Assembly: GCA_038087875.1 (NCBI GenBank)
Contig: JAXLNO010000424.1
Span: forward strand, 124,001-188,000
Length of the DNA stretch: 64,000 nucleotides
Direction of reading: 5' to 3'
Source: Malacoraja senta
Taxonomy: Eukaryota
Under the pieces are notes generated by a model. That model saw only the letters and a program-made list of their open reading frames with translations, ran no database searches and had not been told where the DNA came from. Positions 38,040-49,329 of this stretch are shown here, piece by piece; within the stretch, counting starts at the first letter, position 1; the number at the start of each line of letters is the position of its first letter. Position numbers and translations under genes: made by a program.

Positions 38040-39050
38040 AGTTTATTCCGCTCCCGTGTGTGTTTAGCACATTATTTACCCCAGTTTTACCCCAGACCGG
38101 GTACATTCAAGATCCAAGAGAGTTTATTGTCGTGTGTCCCAGATAGGACAATGACATTCTTGCTTTGCTTCAGCACAAAAGAATATAGCCGGCATGAATA
38201 CAGAACAGAGCAGTGTGTCCATATACCATTGTATAAATATATACACACATATATAAATAAAACAGATAAAGTGCAAATAAACTGATAATGGGCTATTAAT
38301 ATTTAGAGTTTTGTTTGAGTTCAATATCCTGATGGCTGTGGGGCTGTTTGTGTATTTTGTTCCCCTGTGTGTTTATAACATTATTTACCCGAGTTTTACC
38401 CCAGACCGGGTTTATTCCGCTCCCCTGTGTGTTTCTAATATTATTTACTGTATTGTAACATTATTTACTGTCACTGTATGTCATGTTGTTACTTGTGGGC
38501 GGAGCACCAAGGCAAATTCCTTGTATGTGAGTACTTGGCCAATAAACTTCCTTACTTTACCTCAGTTTTACCCCAGACTGGGTTTATTTTGTTCCCCTGT
38601 GGGTTTATAACATTATTTACCCCAGACCGGGTTTATTTTGCTCCCCTGTGTTTATAACATTATTTACCCGTTTTACCACAGACTGGATGTATTTTGTTCC
38701 CCTGTGTGGTTACAACATTATTTACCTCCGTTTTACCCCAGACCGGGTTTATTCCGTTCCCCTGTGGGTTTATAACATTATTTACTGTATTATACTGTAT
38801 TATAACATTATTTACTGTCACTGTATGTCATGTTGTTACTTGTGGGCGGAGCACCAAGGCAAATTACTCCTTGTATGTGAGTACTTGGCCAATAAACTTC
38901 CTTACTTTACCTCAGTTTTACCCCAGACAGGGTTTACTTTGTTCCCCTGTGTGTTTATAACATTATTAACCCCAGTTTTACTGGGTTTAATTTGCTCCCG
39001 TGTGTTTATAACATTATTTACCCCAGATTTACCGGGTTTATTCCCCCAGA
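38040..39050. repeat. Degenerate ~58-bp minisatellite (TTATTTACCCCAGTTTTACCCCAGACCGGGTTTATT..CCCCTGTGTGTTTATAACA) with embedded LINE tails
   Basis: Direct reading; inverted copy at 58030-58220. Confidence 0.8.
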
Positions 39051-39349
39051 CGTGCAGTTTATGTGGTGATTTATTGATTATTTACAGAGAGGGGGGGTTG
39101 GGAGCCAGAGAGAGGGAGATGTTTATTTATAAGGTGTTTTATCTCAGGACGCTGCTCCAGACGGTGAGTTTATATAATTGACCCCAGTTTGACCAGTTTG
39201 ATTCCCCCAGACGTGGTTTATGTGGAGATTGCCCTCAGCTCTCTCTCTCTCTCTCCCCCCCACACACATGTCCACACACGTGACTGTACCGGCCTGTACT
39301 GCACTGTACTGTATGTGGTCATTGACCTCACTCACCCACTCACTTCTCC

Positions 39350-40025
39350 CCCACGTGACCCGATCCCGCACAATCCGCTGCAGCCGCTGATGATCAGTTA
39401 TTTATTTATCTCAGGTCCGTCGGCAGCGACGTCACCAACTGCCGCATCCCCGCCCGCCCGCGCACCGCCATTTTCATGCGGTCGACGGGGAGACTCGGCC
39501 CCGGGGGGGAGGGGGCGGGACCGGCGGGCGGCCATCTTGGTGAGGGCAGGTATGGCCGCGGGCGGGCGCGGGGTTGGCGGTTGGAGACGTGGAGGGGGAA
39601 CAAGATGAAGATGACCCGCCCTCCCCGCCCGCCCTGCGCCGTGACGTCCGCCCTCCCCGCCCGCCCTGCGCCGGACGTCAGCCCTCCCCGCCCGCCCTGC
39701 GCCGTGACGTTCTCCCTCCCCGCCCGCCCTGCGCCGTGACGTCCGCCCTCCCTGCGCCGTGACGTCACCGGCAATCCGAGGGCGTGGCTTCAGCTGGCAG
39801 TTGCTCGATGGCGGTTTGTTTTTAAATGTGAAGGCCGACACAAAATGGCGGCGAATGTGATGATGCTGCTTCACACTGAAGGTAAAATGTTGCAGTCACT
39901 TGGTCATAGAGTGATAGAGAACAACAGGGAAGCGACCTGCGAGATGAGCGGCCATCTTGGTGAGGGCAGGTGAGGTCGGCAGCCGGCGGCCATCTTGGTG
40001 AAGGCAGGTGAGGTCGGCGGTTGGA
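39350..40025. promoter_or_regulatory. CpG island, candidate promoter for ZF copy B (possibly bidirectional)
   Basis: Tandem GTGACGT(C/CA) CRE/ATF motifs, CCGCCC GC boxes, YY1-type GCCATCTTG and AAAATGGCGG. Confidence 0.6.
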
Positions 40026-40417
40026 GCTTTGGACGGGTGGTTTTGGGTTGGTGAGTGTGGTTTCAGGTGCGTGAGGGTAGTTTCGGGTGGGTGAGGGTGG
40101 TTTCGGGTGGGTGAGGGTGGTTTCGGGTGGGTATCGGTGGTTTTCGGTGGTTTTGGGTGGATGTGGGTGGTTGAGGGTGGGTGAGGGTGGTTTTGGGTGG
40201 GTGAGGGTGGTTTCGGGTGGACGAGGGTGGGTGAGGGTGCTTTCGGGTGGGTGTGGGTGGTTTTGGGTGGATGAGGGTGGGTGTGGGTGTATGAGGATGG
40301 TTTTGTGGGTGGTTTCTGGTGAGGGCGGTTTCATAGAAACATAGACAATTGGTGCAGGAGTAGGCCATTCGGCCCTTCGAGCCAGCACCGCCATTCAATG
40401 AGATCATGGCTGATCAT

Positions 40418-40989
40418 CTGTTCGATGACGTTAAGCTTGGCGGTGGTAAGGCCTTCAACATTGAACTGCAGTAGCGCTAAACCTCGACAGTTGGCGGCAT
40501 TTAACGGTGCCGCCTGGCCTGGGGAGGCATGGCTTTTAGCGGTCTGCAGACCTGGTAAAGACATTGGGTTTGCTTTGTGGGCTTATGATCCTGTAAGCTA
40601 CTCATAGAGGAGGCCGCGTAGAGGCTGTCTTTGAGCAGATGGTCAAGAGGAGATGGAGAGACCAGTTGAAGTCAGCGGAAACATCTAGGCTACACCATTA
40701 CATCGATGACCCCATGGACGTCCCTGGCCAGGACCTGCCCCGAAAGCAGTGGACAACCCTCAACCGCTTGAGGACAGGCGTCTTGAGGACGCTATGGAGT
40801 AGTGATGAAGAGGTGGGGGCCTCGTGACAGCGAGCGCCTCCTGCGAGTGTGGGGACTCAACACAGACAGTGGAGCACACATCGGCCACCGAACGGTGAAC
40901 GAGGTCTGATTGACCTGGACGATGATACGTTGGCCTGGCTCGCCTCAACAGAGCTGCAGGTCTAAAAGGCACACGACAGAAGAAGAAGA
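40418..40989. mobile_element. Vingi-like LINE: inverted 5' end (40418-40638, minus) joined to the 3' end (40639-40989, plus)
   Basis: LLQFNVEGLTTAKL; LPRKQWTTLNRLRTG, CECGDSTQTVEH; tail CACGACAGAAGAAGA. Confidence 0.65.
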
Positions 40990-41502
40990 TGGCTGATCAT
41001 CCAACTCAGTATCCTGTACCTGCTTTCTCTCCATACCCCCTGATCCCTTTAGCCACAAGGGCCACATCTAACTCCCTCTTAAATATAGCCAATGAAATGG
41101 CCTCAACTACCTTCTGTGGCAGAGAATTCCACAGATTCACCACTCTCTGTGTGAAAAAAAAAGTTTTTCTCATCTCGGTCGTAAAGGATTTCCCCCTTAT
41201 CCTTAAACTGCGTGACTCCTTGTCCTCGACTTCCCCAACATCGGGAACAATCTTCCTGCATCTAGCCTGTCCAACCCCTTAAGAATTTTGTAAGTTTCTA
41301 TAAGATCCCCCCTCAATCTTCTAAATTCTAGCGAGTATAAGCAGAGTCTATCCAGTCTTTCTTCATATGAAAGTCCTGACATCCCAGGAATCAGTCTGGT
41401 GAACCTTCTCTGTACCCCCTCTATGGCAAGGATGTCCTTCCTCAGATTTCGAGACCAAAACTGTACGCAATACTCTAGGTGTGGTCTCACCAAGACCCTG
41501 TA
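40990..41502 (-). mobile_element. CR1 3' fragment
   Basis: VRPHLEYCVQFWS..RGDLIETYKIL. Confidence 0.9.
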
Positions 41503-41658
41503 CGGGTGGGTGAGGGTGGTTTTCGGTGGGTGAGGGTGGTTTAGAGTGGGTGAGGGTGGTTTTGGGTGGGTGTGGGTGGATGAGGGTGGTTTCGGGTGGC
41601 TGTGGGTGTTTGAGTGAGGGTGGGTGTGGGTGGGAGGGTAAAAATATCACAAATATAC

Positions 41659-41895
41659 GTAAGTAAGTAAGTACATTTTATTTATATAGCACGTTTAAAT
41701 CAACTCGCATTGAAACCAAAGTGGTTTACATAAAAAATAATTAAGTTTCCGTACATCCATAGAAAAAATTAAAAATAAGAAAAAATGATACAACACATTA
41801 TAGAATTCAACATGAACGTCCCCCCCACAACAGAATCAAAATTTCCCACAGTCCACGGCATCAGAAAGTTAAGTCCTCTTCCTCTGTGATCACCC
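41659..41895 (-). mobile_element. Short element with an L2-type tail
   Basis: TGTAAACCACTTTGG..GTGCTATATAAATAAA..(CTTA)n. Confidence 0.55.
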
Positions 41896-42067
41896 AAATT
41901 ACATTTTACTCAGATGCAAGCCAAGGAATGGCATAATTGTTAGCTGTTAATTGGACATAATTTTTCGTGTATTAACAACATATACCGGAAGCTGCGATGT
42001 CCTCCAGAGCGGCTCCATGCTTCATGCCCTTTGACCCGGTGACCTTGCTTGCAACCCCCCTATACCA

Positions 42068-42580
42068 CATACACACTCTCAGACACGCACGCACTCTCAG
42101 ACACGCACGCACTCTCACTCACGCACGCACGCAGACACGCAAGCACTCTCAGACACACACGCACTCTCAGACACACATGCACTCTCACTCACGCACGCAC
42201 TCTCAGACACGCACGCACTCTCTCACGCACGCACACACGCACGCACACAGACACACACAGACTCACTCACACACACTCACTCACACACACACACACATAC
42301 TCACTCACACAGACAGACTCAATTACACAAACACACACTCACTCACAGACACACAGACACACACACTCACTCACACAGACTCACTCACACAGACTCACTC
42401 ACACACACAGTCACACACACACAGACACACACACACACAGTCACACACACACAGTCACACACACACACACAGTCACACACACACATACAGTCAAACACAC
42501 ACACAGTCACACACACACACACACACAGTCACTCACACACACACAGTCACTCACACACTGCCTCACACACACACACACAA
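42068..42580. repeat. CA-rich microsatellite
   Basis: Direct reading. Confidence 0.95.
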
Positions 42581-42639
42581 CCAATGCTAAAATGCCAAGT
42601 AACTTCAGAACATGGTAAACATAGTGTGGAAACCGAATG

Positions 42640-42916
42640 ATTCAAACGTTTAAAATCTCCAAATTTGCAAACACTTTACAACCATTACTTTTTCTGAAAA
42701 CACACACACAGACACACACACACACTCACAACCAATACTAAAACATTAATAACTCTCTGATTGTTCATCGATGGGAAAAAGCCTCTTGTCCAGCTCAGCG
42801 GAGGGGGACTCTGAGCGAGGTGGCCAAAAATCACGGCCGTAAGTGGCGGCGTTCTTTCAGAAATCACGAATCAGAAAGCCAGAAAGTGGTCAAGATCTTA
42901 GTTTTAGTAATATAGA
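42640..42916 (-). mobile_element. Possible Helitron 5' end
   Basis: A|TCTATATTACTAAAA resembles non-autonomous Helitron 5' ends; no 3' hairpin or CTAG identified. Confidence 0.35.
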
Positions 42917-42999
42917 TGAAGTAAAAAATTCAATTCCAAAAATTGCAACGTTGCACTTGTCAAAGTCCAAGCGTTTACTTTCCACTCTCTTCAGAGTAT

Positions 43000-43068
43000 T
43001 CATGTTTTTGTTGGTGCTGTTTGAGCATAGATGACAGATGACTCGTCTTCCTTTGAAGAAACAAGGTT
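43000..43068 (-). CDS. Receptor gene, last coding exon NLVSSKEDESSVIYAQTAPTKT*
   Basis: Acceptor tttctttctctttcag, phase 0, TGA at 43000-43002. Confidence 0.75.
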   Translation of the reverse strand, partial: NLVSSKEDESSVIYAQTAPTKT

Positions 43069-43200
43069 CTGAAAGAGAAAGAAATACCAATTGTATTTCA
43101 GACCGTTGCTGTTGCCCCTGTTTAGATCAGTAAACAGATTACAGCTTTAATTCATACTTGTACGATCTGAGATTTCAACAACAAGAATCAATATACTTAC

Positions 43201-43244
43201 AGTGCCTGATGCTTGATTGGAGGACTGTGTATTATCGCTGTTGC
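43201..43244 (-). CDS. Receptor gene, cytoplasmic exon (G)NSDNTQSSNQASGT
   Basis: tttattacag|...|gtaagt; phase 1 to 0. Confidence 0.75.
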
Positions 43245-43469
43245 CTGTAATAAATGCAAACATCACAATTAAAAATGACACTGGTGTATTATGTTGACAA
43301 AGGAAACGACAAATGGAATATAAAAGTCTAAAGCTTACTACATTTTGCTCTTTCTGACAATACATTAACAAGACATTGAATTCCAGAAAACCCATCTGTC
43401 ATCTGTATGCTCAAACCTCTGCATTTACAGTGAGCTGCAGGAATGGTCAGCATGAACAAGACACCCTTA

Positions 43470-44065
43470 TATTGCTACGGAAGGAATCGACTATGAATAA
43501 GAGAACTAGCGCAGCAATTGACAGAGCAGCAGCCCTGGCAGGACATAAGCTACGAAGCTGCATCTGTGGTTGGGAAAAGATAACATCAGAGAAGGGTCTC
43601 AAGATCCACCAGGGCAGGGAAAAGTGCCTGGGAGAGCTTGGTGAGGGGCCTCGCATTGACGATTACCTTCTAAGAGGTAGGTCAAATCAGTCGATTGAAG
43701 GCCACTGGCAGGTTAACCACCACAATCCACAGGGTATCAGCACCCCCAGGCAAAGCTCAACCAAGTACTGTCCCACCAATGGACACGAGTCCAGAGCCCA
43801 ACCAGCCACAGTCAGCGGTAGAGAGGAAGATGGAAGGATAAAAGCTGAATGGAGCAGTCACTGACTGTGGCTGAAGAGAAAAGATGCTGTCTGGGCTGCC
43901 ACGTGACCATCTAGAGGCTAACCATAAGACACACACCCAGGGCTGATCACCCTGCGGTGGGCCTGCCTCGACTGAGGGTGTCTTGTGATAAAAGGCCGAA
44001 ACACCCAGTGATGTTCAGGTACACAACTGAAGATGTGTCTGATTGGTAGCAAAATCACCTCGTGG
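43470..44065 (+). mobile_element. Internally deleted Hero-like (R2 group) retroelement in the receptor intron
   Basis: N-terminal zinc finger CICGWEKITSEKGLKIHQGREKC joined at about 43840 to C-terminal SSH*LWLKRK and a structured 3' UTR. Confidence 0.65.
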
Positions 44066-44646
44066 TCTCCCCCAAGAATATTGGGTGTCAGTTGTGGTGA
44101 AGAAACTTAGGGATTGTAACATCCATTCCTACTAATCAATATCAAAAATGTGTAATTCAAGGAAGATTGTGCTGATCACTTCTAGCTCAGTCAGGAGTTG
44201 TGCAGAAGAATGTTCTTCAGATGGACATAAATGGTCTCTTGGTTTCACTTCTCATCACCAACGACAATGCACAACAGTGTTGTAACAGCAGTCTGGATGT
44301 CACTGGTTGGATCTCTGGAGTGGCTATTGTACCCATTCAGAGTAGGCTAGGGGACCAGAACCCACTTAGAGTAGGTTAGGGACCAGAACACACTCCCTGT
44401 AGTTTAGGGGACCAGAACACACTCGGAGAAGGTTGGGGAGGCTGAACCCACCCAGAGAAGGTTGGGCTCCTAACTGAGCCTCAGCTGTCTGTCCCACTTC
44501 ATGTCGAAGGACAGAGTGAGGGACTTTATCCCAGGAATGCCTGATGCTGTTGTAAGGTGGCCAGACAGCAGGGTTTCAGACTACTCAGTACCAATAATCC
44601 TCACTGTGATAAACGTTTAAAACATATTTAAATAAAGTCATTTTAC

Positions 44647-44703
44647 CACCAGATGCTTTTGGCTGGAAGGAGATGGATCCATAATGAATACCTTCCTCTG
44701 TAT
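44647..44703 (-). CDS. Receptor gene, cytoplasmic exon (D)TEEGIHYGSISFQPKASG with ITIM IHYGSI
   Basis: ttatttccacag|...|gtaaaa; 57 nt, phase 1-1. Confidence 0.75.
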
Positions 44704-46600
44704 CTGTGGAAATAAGTTGGAAACAAAGAATTTATTTGTATTTGATAAAGGATGATTTTAGTCAATGCAGGGTCACTATACGAAACGCTGATCATCGCTT
44801 TCCCTCCATAGATGCTGCTCGACCCATAGAGTACCTCCAGCAATTTGAAAAAACCCTCCATGAAAAGTCACATCTCTAAACCTCCTTGTTTTGACTTCTT
44901 CCTGGGATGGTGGAAATTACAAAGAGAATTTGGGTTAATTTGGCTTGTGGAGTTTAGAAGAATGACAATGGTTCTCGTGGAAACATAGAAACTTCCAACA
45001 GGTAGACCAGTCTGGATGGAGGAAGATGTTCCCTGTTGGGGAAGACCATGACCAGGCGTAAAGGTTTAAGACAAGAGACAATAAGGATGAAGATGAGGAG
45101 AACAAAGAATCGGTTACATTCTCTACCACACATTTGTCTGGAGCCAAATCATTCAGTACATTTTAGTAGTTGTTGAATTTATTGACAGATACACAACAAT
45201 GGCGAGGTACAGGTACAATGAAAATGTTGCCTGCAGCAGCATCAGAGGCATTTTGACTAAGGCAACACAACACATAAATGAAGCATAAATTACAAAGACC
45301 ACAGGTTAGTGGAAAAAAAGACTGCAAAACACAAACTAGAGACCAGTCATACGTGGACTAAGATCAAGGAATATGGGGAGATATGATCAGCTGAGGTTCA
45401 GTTTAGTTTATTGTTATGTGTGCCGAGGTTCAGTGAAAAGCTTTTGTTACATCAGCAGAAAGACAATATATGAATACAAACGATCCCTTTACAGTGGAAC
45501 ACAGTGGAATACAATTGATCTACACTGTGGAACAAGGTTAGGAATTGATATTTTTCTCATTAAAACATGGGCAATGTCTGATTTATTGAAAGGTTCCTTC
45601 AGATTTTTCAAGAAAGATTTCTCTGTTCATCAGATTCATCAGAAATGTCTAAATTCTGGCAAAAACAATACTGTCCACCATTTGACCACCAGGGTGATGG
45701 CTCGAGTCCCCCGACCGAGGAAGAACACAAGTGAAGGACTTGAACTTTATTTCGCCTTCCATCACAGTGAGGAATGTGTAGGAGTCACTGTGGAGGATGT
45801 TCATGTTAAAATGTGTTTTTGTGTCTGTTGCTTTTTAATTGTATGACTGACCTGGCCAGTGAAATTCCTCGTATGTTGCAAAACATACTTGGCGAATAAA
45901 ATCTGATTCTGATTCTGATTCCGTCTAAGGTAGAAACAAAGAACTGCAGATGCTGGTTAATACACAAAGGGACACAAAGTGCTGGAGTACATCTGCAGGT
46001 TAGGCAGCAACTCTGGAGGACATGTATAGGTGAAGTTTCGGGTCGTGACCCTTCTTCAGACTCAAAAGAAGGGTCTCGATCCGAAACATCACCTATCCAC
46101 CATCTATTAATGATGCTCAAACCATTCTGAAATGTTGTTGTTATTTTCACTTTAGAATAAAATCTGAACTAGTGGCAAAGTGAATTGGAGGCATTTAATG
46201 CTAGATGATATTTTGTGTAAGGGGTGGTGACTTTTGAAAGGGCAAGTGTTGTCCATTCTTTAGAGAGCCACTAACCAAGCTGTTAATCAGGATCAACAAT
46301 AAATTAGGAGTGTGAATATGTTGTTCATGGTGATGTCTCAACATTCATGGGTTGACCATGATAGTCCAGTGAACATTAGTCAATTGACCAATGCAGAGTA
46401 AGACCTGCAGTTGGATGAGGAAGATTGGGACTGACGGGTGAATTGACACAAGAGAGACTGTTGAATTGATCAATTAGTTTGTGTGCTTGAGGTTCCCTTC
46501 CTCACATTCTTGTTACAAAACTGTGAAATGTGAAATAGGTTGCTTCATCAAATACAACACCTCTACAACTAGAGATTCATTGACTGAGTCATCTATTTAC

Positions 46601-46678
46601 CTTCTTGCTTTGTCTTCCTACTCACAGACATATATTCAGTAACACGGCTCATCTCAGGTACTGGGGTCACATTAATTT
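46601..46678 (-). CDS. Receptor gene, cytoplasmic exon (E)INVTPVPEMSRVTEYMSVSRKTKQE with ITSM TEYMSV
   Basis: ttattttccag|...AAG|gtaaat; 78 nt, phase 1-1. Confidence 0.75.
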
Positions 46679-47388
46679 CTGGAAAATAAGTATTATTTTC
46701 TGATTAAGACTTTAATCCGGCTAGATTTTAAAGAAGCAGCAATCCAGTGTTTAAACTGTACCCCATTAATAATGAGATCGACCAGAATGACCAGGAACAT
46801 GGCTTCAGATGTACGTCAGAGACATTTAATGGTGGGATAAGACCATGTGTATAAAATCAGAGTCCATGGAAACACAGTGTTCCCTAAATTATAACCATAT
46901 TAGGATGGTACACAAGGCAAAGTTTTCACTTTAAGTTTGAACCACCAAAGTGCAGTGGAGATACCTTGGTCTCCTGGTTTCCTGGCCAATATTCATCCCT
47001 CAGTAAATAGGATCATATTGAGGGCAAATTGGAGACCATATTTTCTACATGACTACACTAGCTATACTTCAACTTCTGGCATGTTTATTTGATAATGGTT
47101 TACACAGGGGATGGTGACACAATCACCACGTGGTCAGATCATTGCAGAACAGCACCTGAAATCATACAGCAGACTCCCCATGGCAACGCAGGTAGACAAT
47201 CCACATTGCATAAATAATGCTTTAATTGAACACAAAAAGTCTGAAATTAATTTCTCAACAACATAAGCACAAACAGATACTTTTCTTATCCAATATATAT
47301 TGTACTTTTCTCCTTGTTACAAAGATAACATTGTCATTGATAATTTGGATAATCTGTGCTGCATTAAGGATGTCATCATGTACTTTAC

Positions 47389-47496
47389 CTGTAGGCTTGC
47401 GCTTTCTTTGACACCACACCACTGCCAGTATAATGACGATGAGAACAGCCAGACTCCCGATAATTCCAACAATGATTTATCCAAAATGGTGATTCT
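47389..47496 (-). pseudogene. Receptor gene, transmembrane exon NHHFG*IIVGIIGSLAVLIVIILAVVWCQRKRKPT (one in-frame TAA)
   Basis: ttttgacag|...CAG|gtaaag; 108 nt, phase 1-1; ~21-aa hydrophobic helix followed by the basic stop-transfer RKRK. Confidence 0.8.
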
Positions 47497-47854
47497 CTGT
47501 CAAAATAATTAACACAGAGTTCACATTTGTAGAATAAATGGACATTATTCCAAAGCTCCCCCAAAGACCAGGCATGAACCACACTGACTAATTTAGATCA
47601 GAAGTCTTGAGTTTAACTTGTGATCCAGATTCACTGAGACACAAGGTACTGCAGATGAGAGTTTACCAATAAAAGACACAAAGTGTTGGAGAAACTCAGC
47701 AGGTTAGGCAGGTGACATTTCAGGTCGCAGCCCTTTAGTCTGAAGTAGGGTCAAGACCCAAAACCTCACCTATGCATGTTCTCCAGAGATTCTGCCTGAC
47801 CCGTTGAGTTACTCCAGCACATTGTGTCTTTTTTTCCAGATTAATTGACCTTAC

Positions 47855-48143
47855 ACAGAAAGATCAGAGAGCCACAACTTGCCTCAGTGGCCATCAGTTA
47901 GAGACTGTAAACATTCACACAAGTTTCTATTTCTTGGTTACAATTAGCTGACATTTCTCAGGCAGGAGATGGGAGCTGATGGTTGGTTGATAAAGTAGCT
48001 GATTCAGCTGTGATACTTCCCACTGTATAGTGGACAAATTTCTATCATAGTCTAAGCCTGGAACAATGGTTGAATGAGCACTGCTGACAACAGAGTGGAT
48101 ATTGCCCTCCAGCTTCAATCCTCTCTAACCAGGAGCACAAGAA
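47855..48143 (-). pseudogene. Decayed Ig-like extracellular exon (CD2/SLAM-like features)
   Basis: Acceptor gtttacag; GNIHSVVSSAHSTIVPG..LSTIQWE..QPTISSHLLPEKCQLIVT..TVSN with stops and frameshifts; candidate donor gtaagg. Confidence 0.45.
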
Positions 48144-49122
48144 CTGTAAACGTTAGAAATAGCCGTTTAAGCAGTATCCGTGGAAAGGGAAAGAAGTGAC
48201 TTCATATTTTATGATGAATAAAACGTTGTCAGATTCAAAGAAAGGATCTTTGACAATAGACAATAGGTGCAGGAGTAGGCCATTCAGCCCCTCGAGCTAG
48301 CAACTACATTTAATTAGATCATGGCTGGACTTGTTCCTCTTTCACAGTTCCTATCTGTCCTGCTGATTATTATTATTATTTTTAATTCGGATTTTCAACT
48401 CCTAAAATAAATTTTGGTCTTCAAGTACTAAAACTGTACAGTGCATGTAACCATTGCCTACTGTTGTCAATGAGGTTGAACACATTATTATTGCAATCCT
48501 AATGACCACATCTTCATGTGTTTTTAGTGTAAAATTGGAGATGGTTGATGCATGCATTAATTCCACACACCAACTAATCTATTCACTCACTGATTGTTAT
48601 CGCCTGCCCTTTAAGAACAGCTCAACACCCAAAAGCATCAGTCTGCAATGAGGCCAAAGGATGGAGAGGCTCGTGTGCGTGACCCTTCTAAAATAAAGTT
48701 CAACTTCAGTTCTGCTCCATAGCGAGACTGTGCTAGATGAGCGTACATGGGGAGGCTTCTGCTCAGCCGGGAGCACAGATTTCCAATCTGGGAGGTGGGG
48801 ACACCACAGTGGGGTGGGTGTGGTGGGGGTGGCCTCTCCCTTGGTGCAGCGGTTGACGGAGCAGGGTTTTACTGGAACTGAGGCACAGGCAGAGGACAAC
48901 CAAAGTCTTCATTCCTCAGTGGACTCTCAGCTGACTGTAGTCAGAGCCCTGTTGTCCTCTCCCATGGGGAGACTGCTGCTAGCCAGGAGTAAGGATTAAT
49001 AACACCAACCTTAAGCACACAGTGACCATCAGGGAGCAGGTTGCTGTGTTCAGTCAAATAATCACATCAGATGGTGCATTGAAGCAATTGAATCGGCAAG
49101 TCAAACTGTAGACATGCCACAA

Positions 49123-49296
49123 AGTGAGAGACGGAGAGAGATGGAGCGAGAGAGAGAGACAGAGAAAGAGACGGAGTGAGAGAGAGAGAGCGAGAGAGAG
49201 AAAGTGAGTGAGACGGAGAGAGAGAGACAGAGACAGATAGAAATGGAGAGGGAGACGGAGAGAGAGTGATAGAGCGATAGAGACAGAGAGAGGGAT

Positions 49297-49329
<33 letters not shown>

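Noticed and set aside
41997..42618. His/Thr-rich ORFs (also Cys/Val-rich at 57.5 kb)
   Set aside because: CA/GT microsatellite translations
43960..44040. Hammerhead ribozyme in the Hero-like 3' UTR (GAAAC and CTGAAGA present)
   Set aside because: The pieces do not assemble into a three-stem core by eye
48455..48557. Signal-peptide exon of the receptor (MHASTISNF..VVIRIAIIMCSTSLTT)
   Set aside because: Weak hydrophobic core and no convincing phase-1 GT donor; cannot be supported
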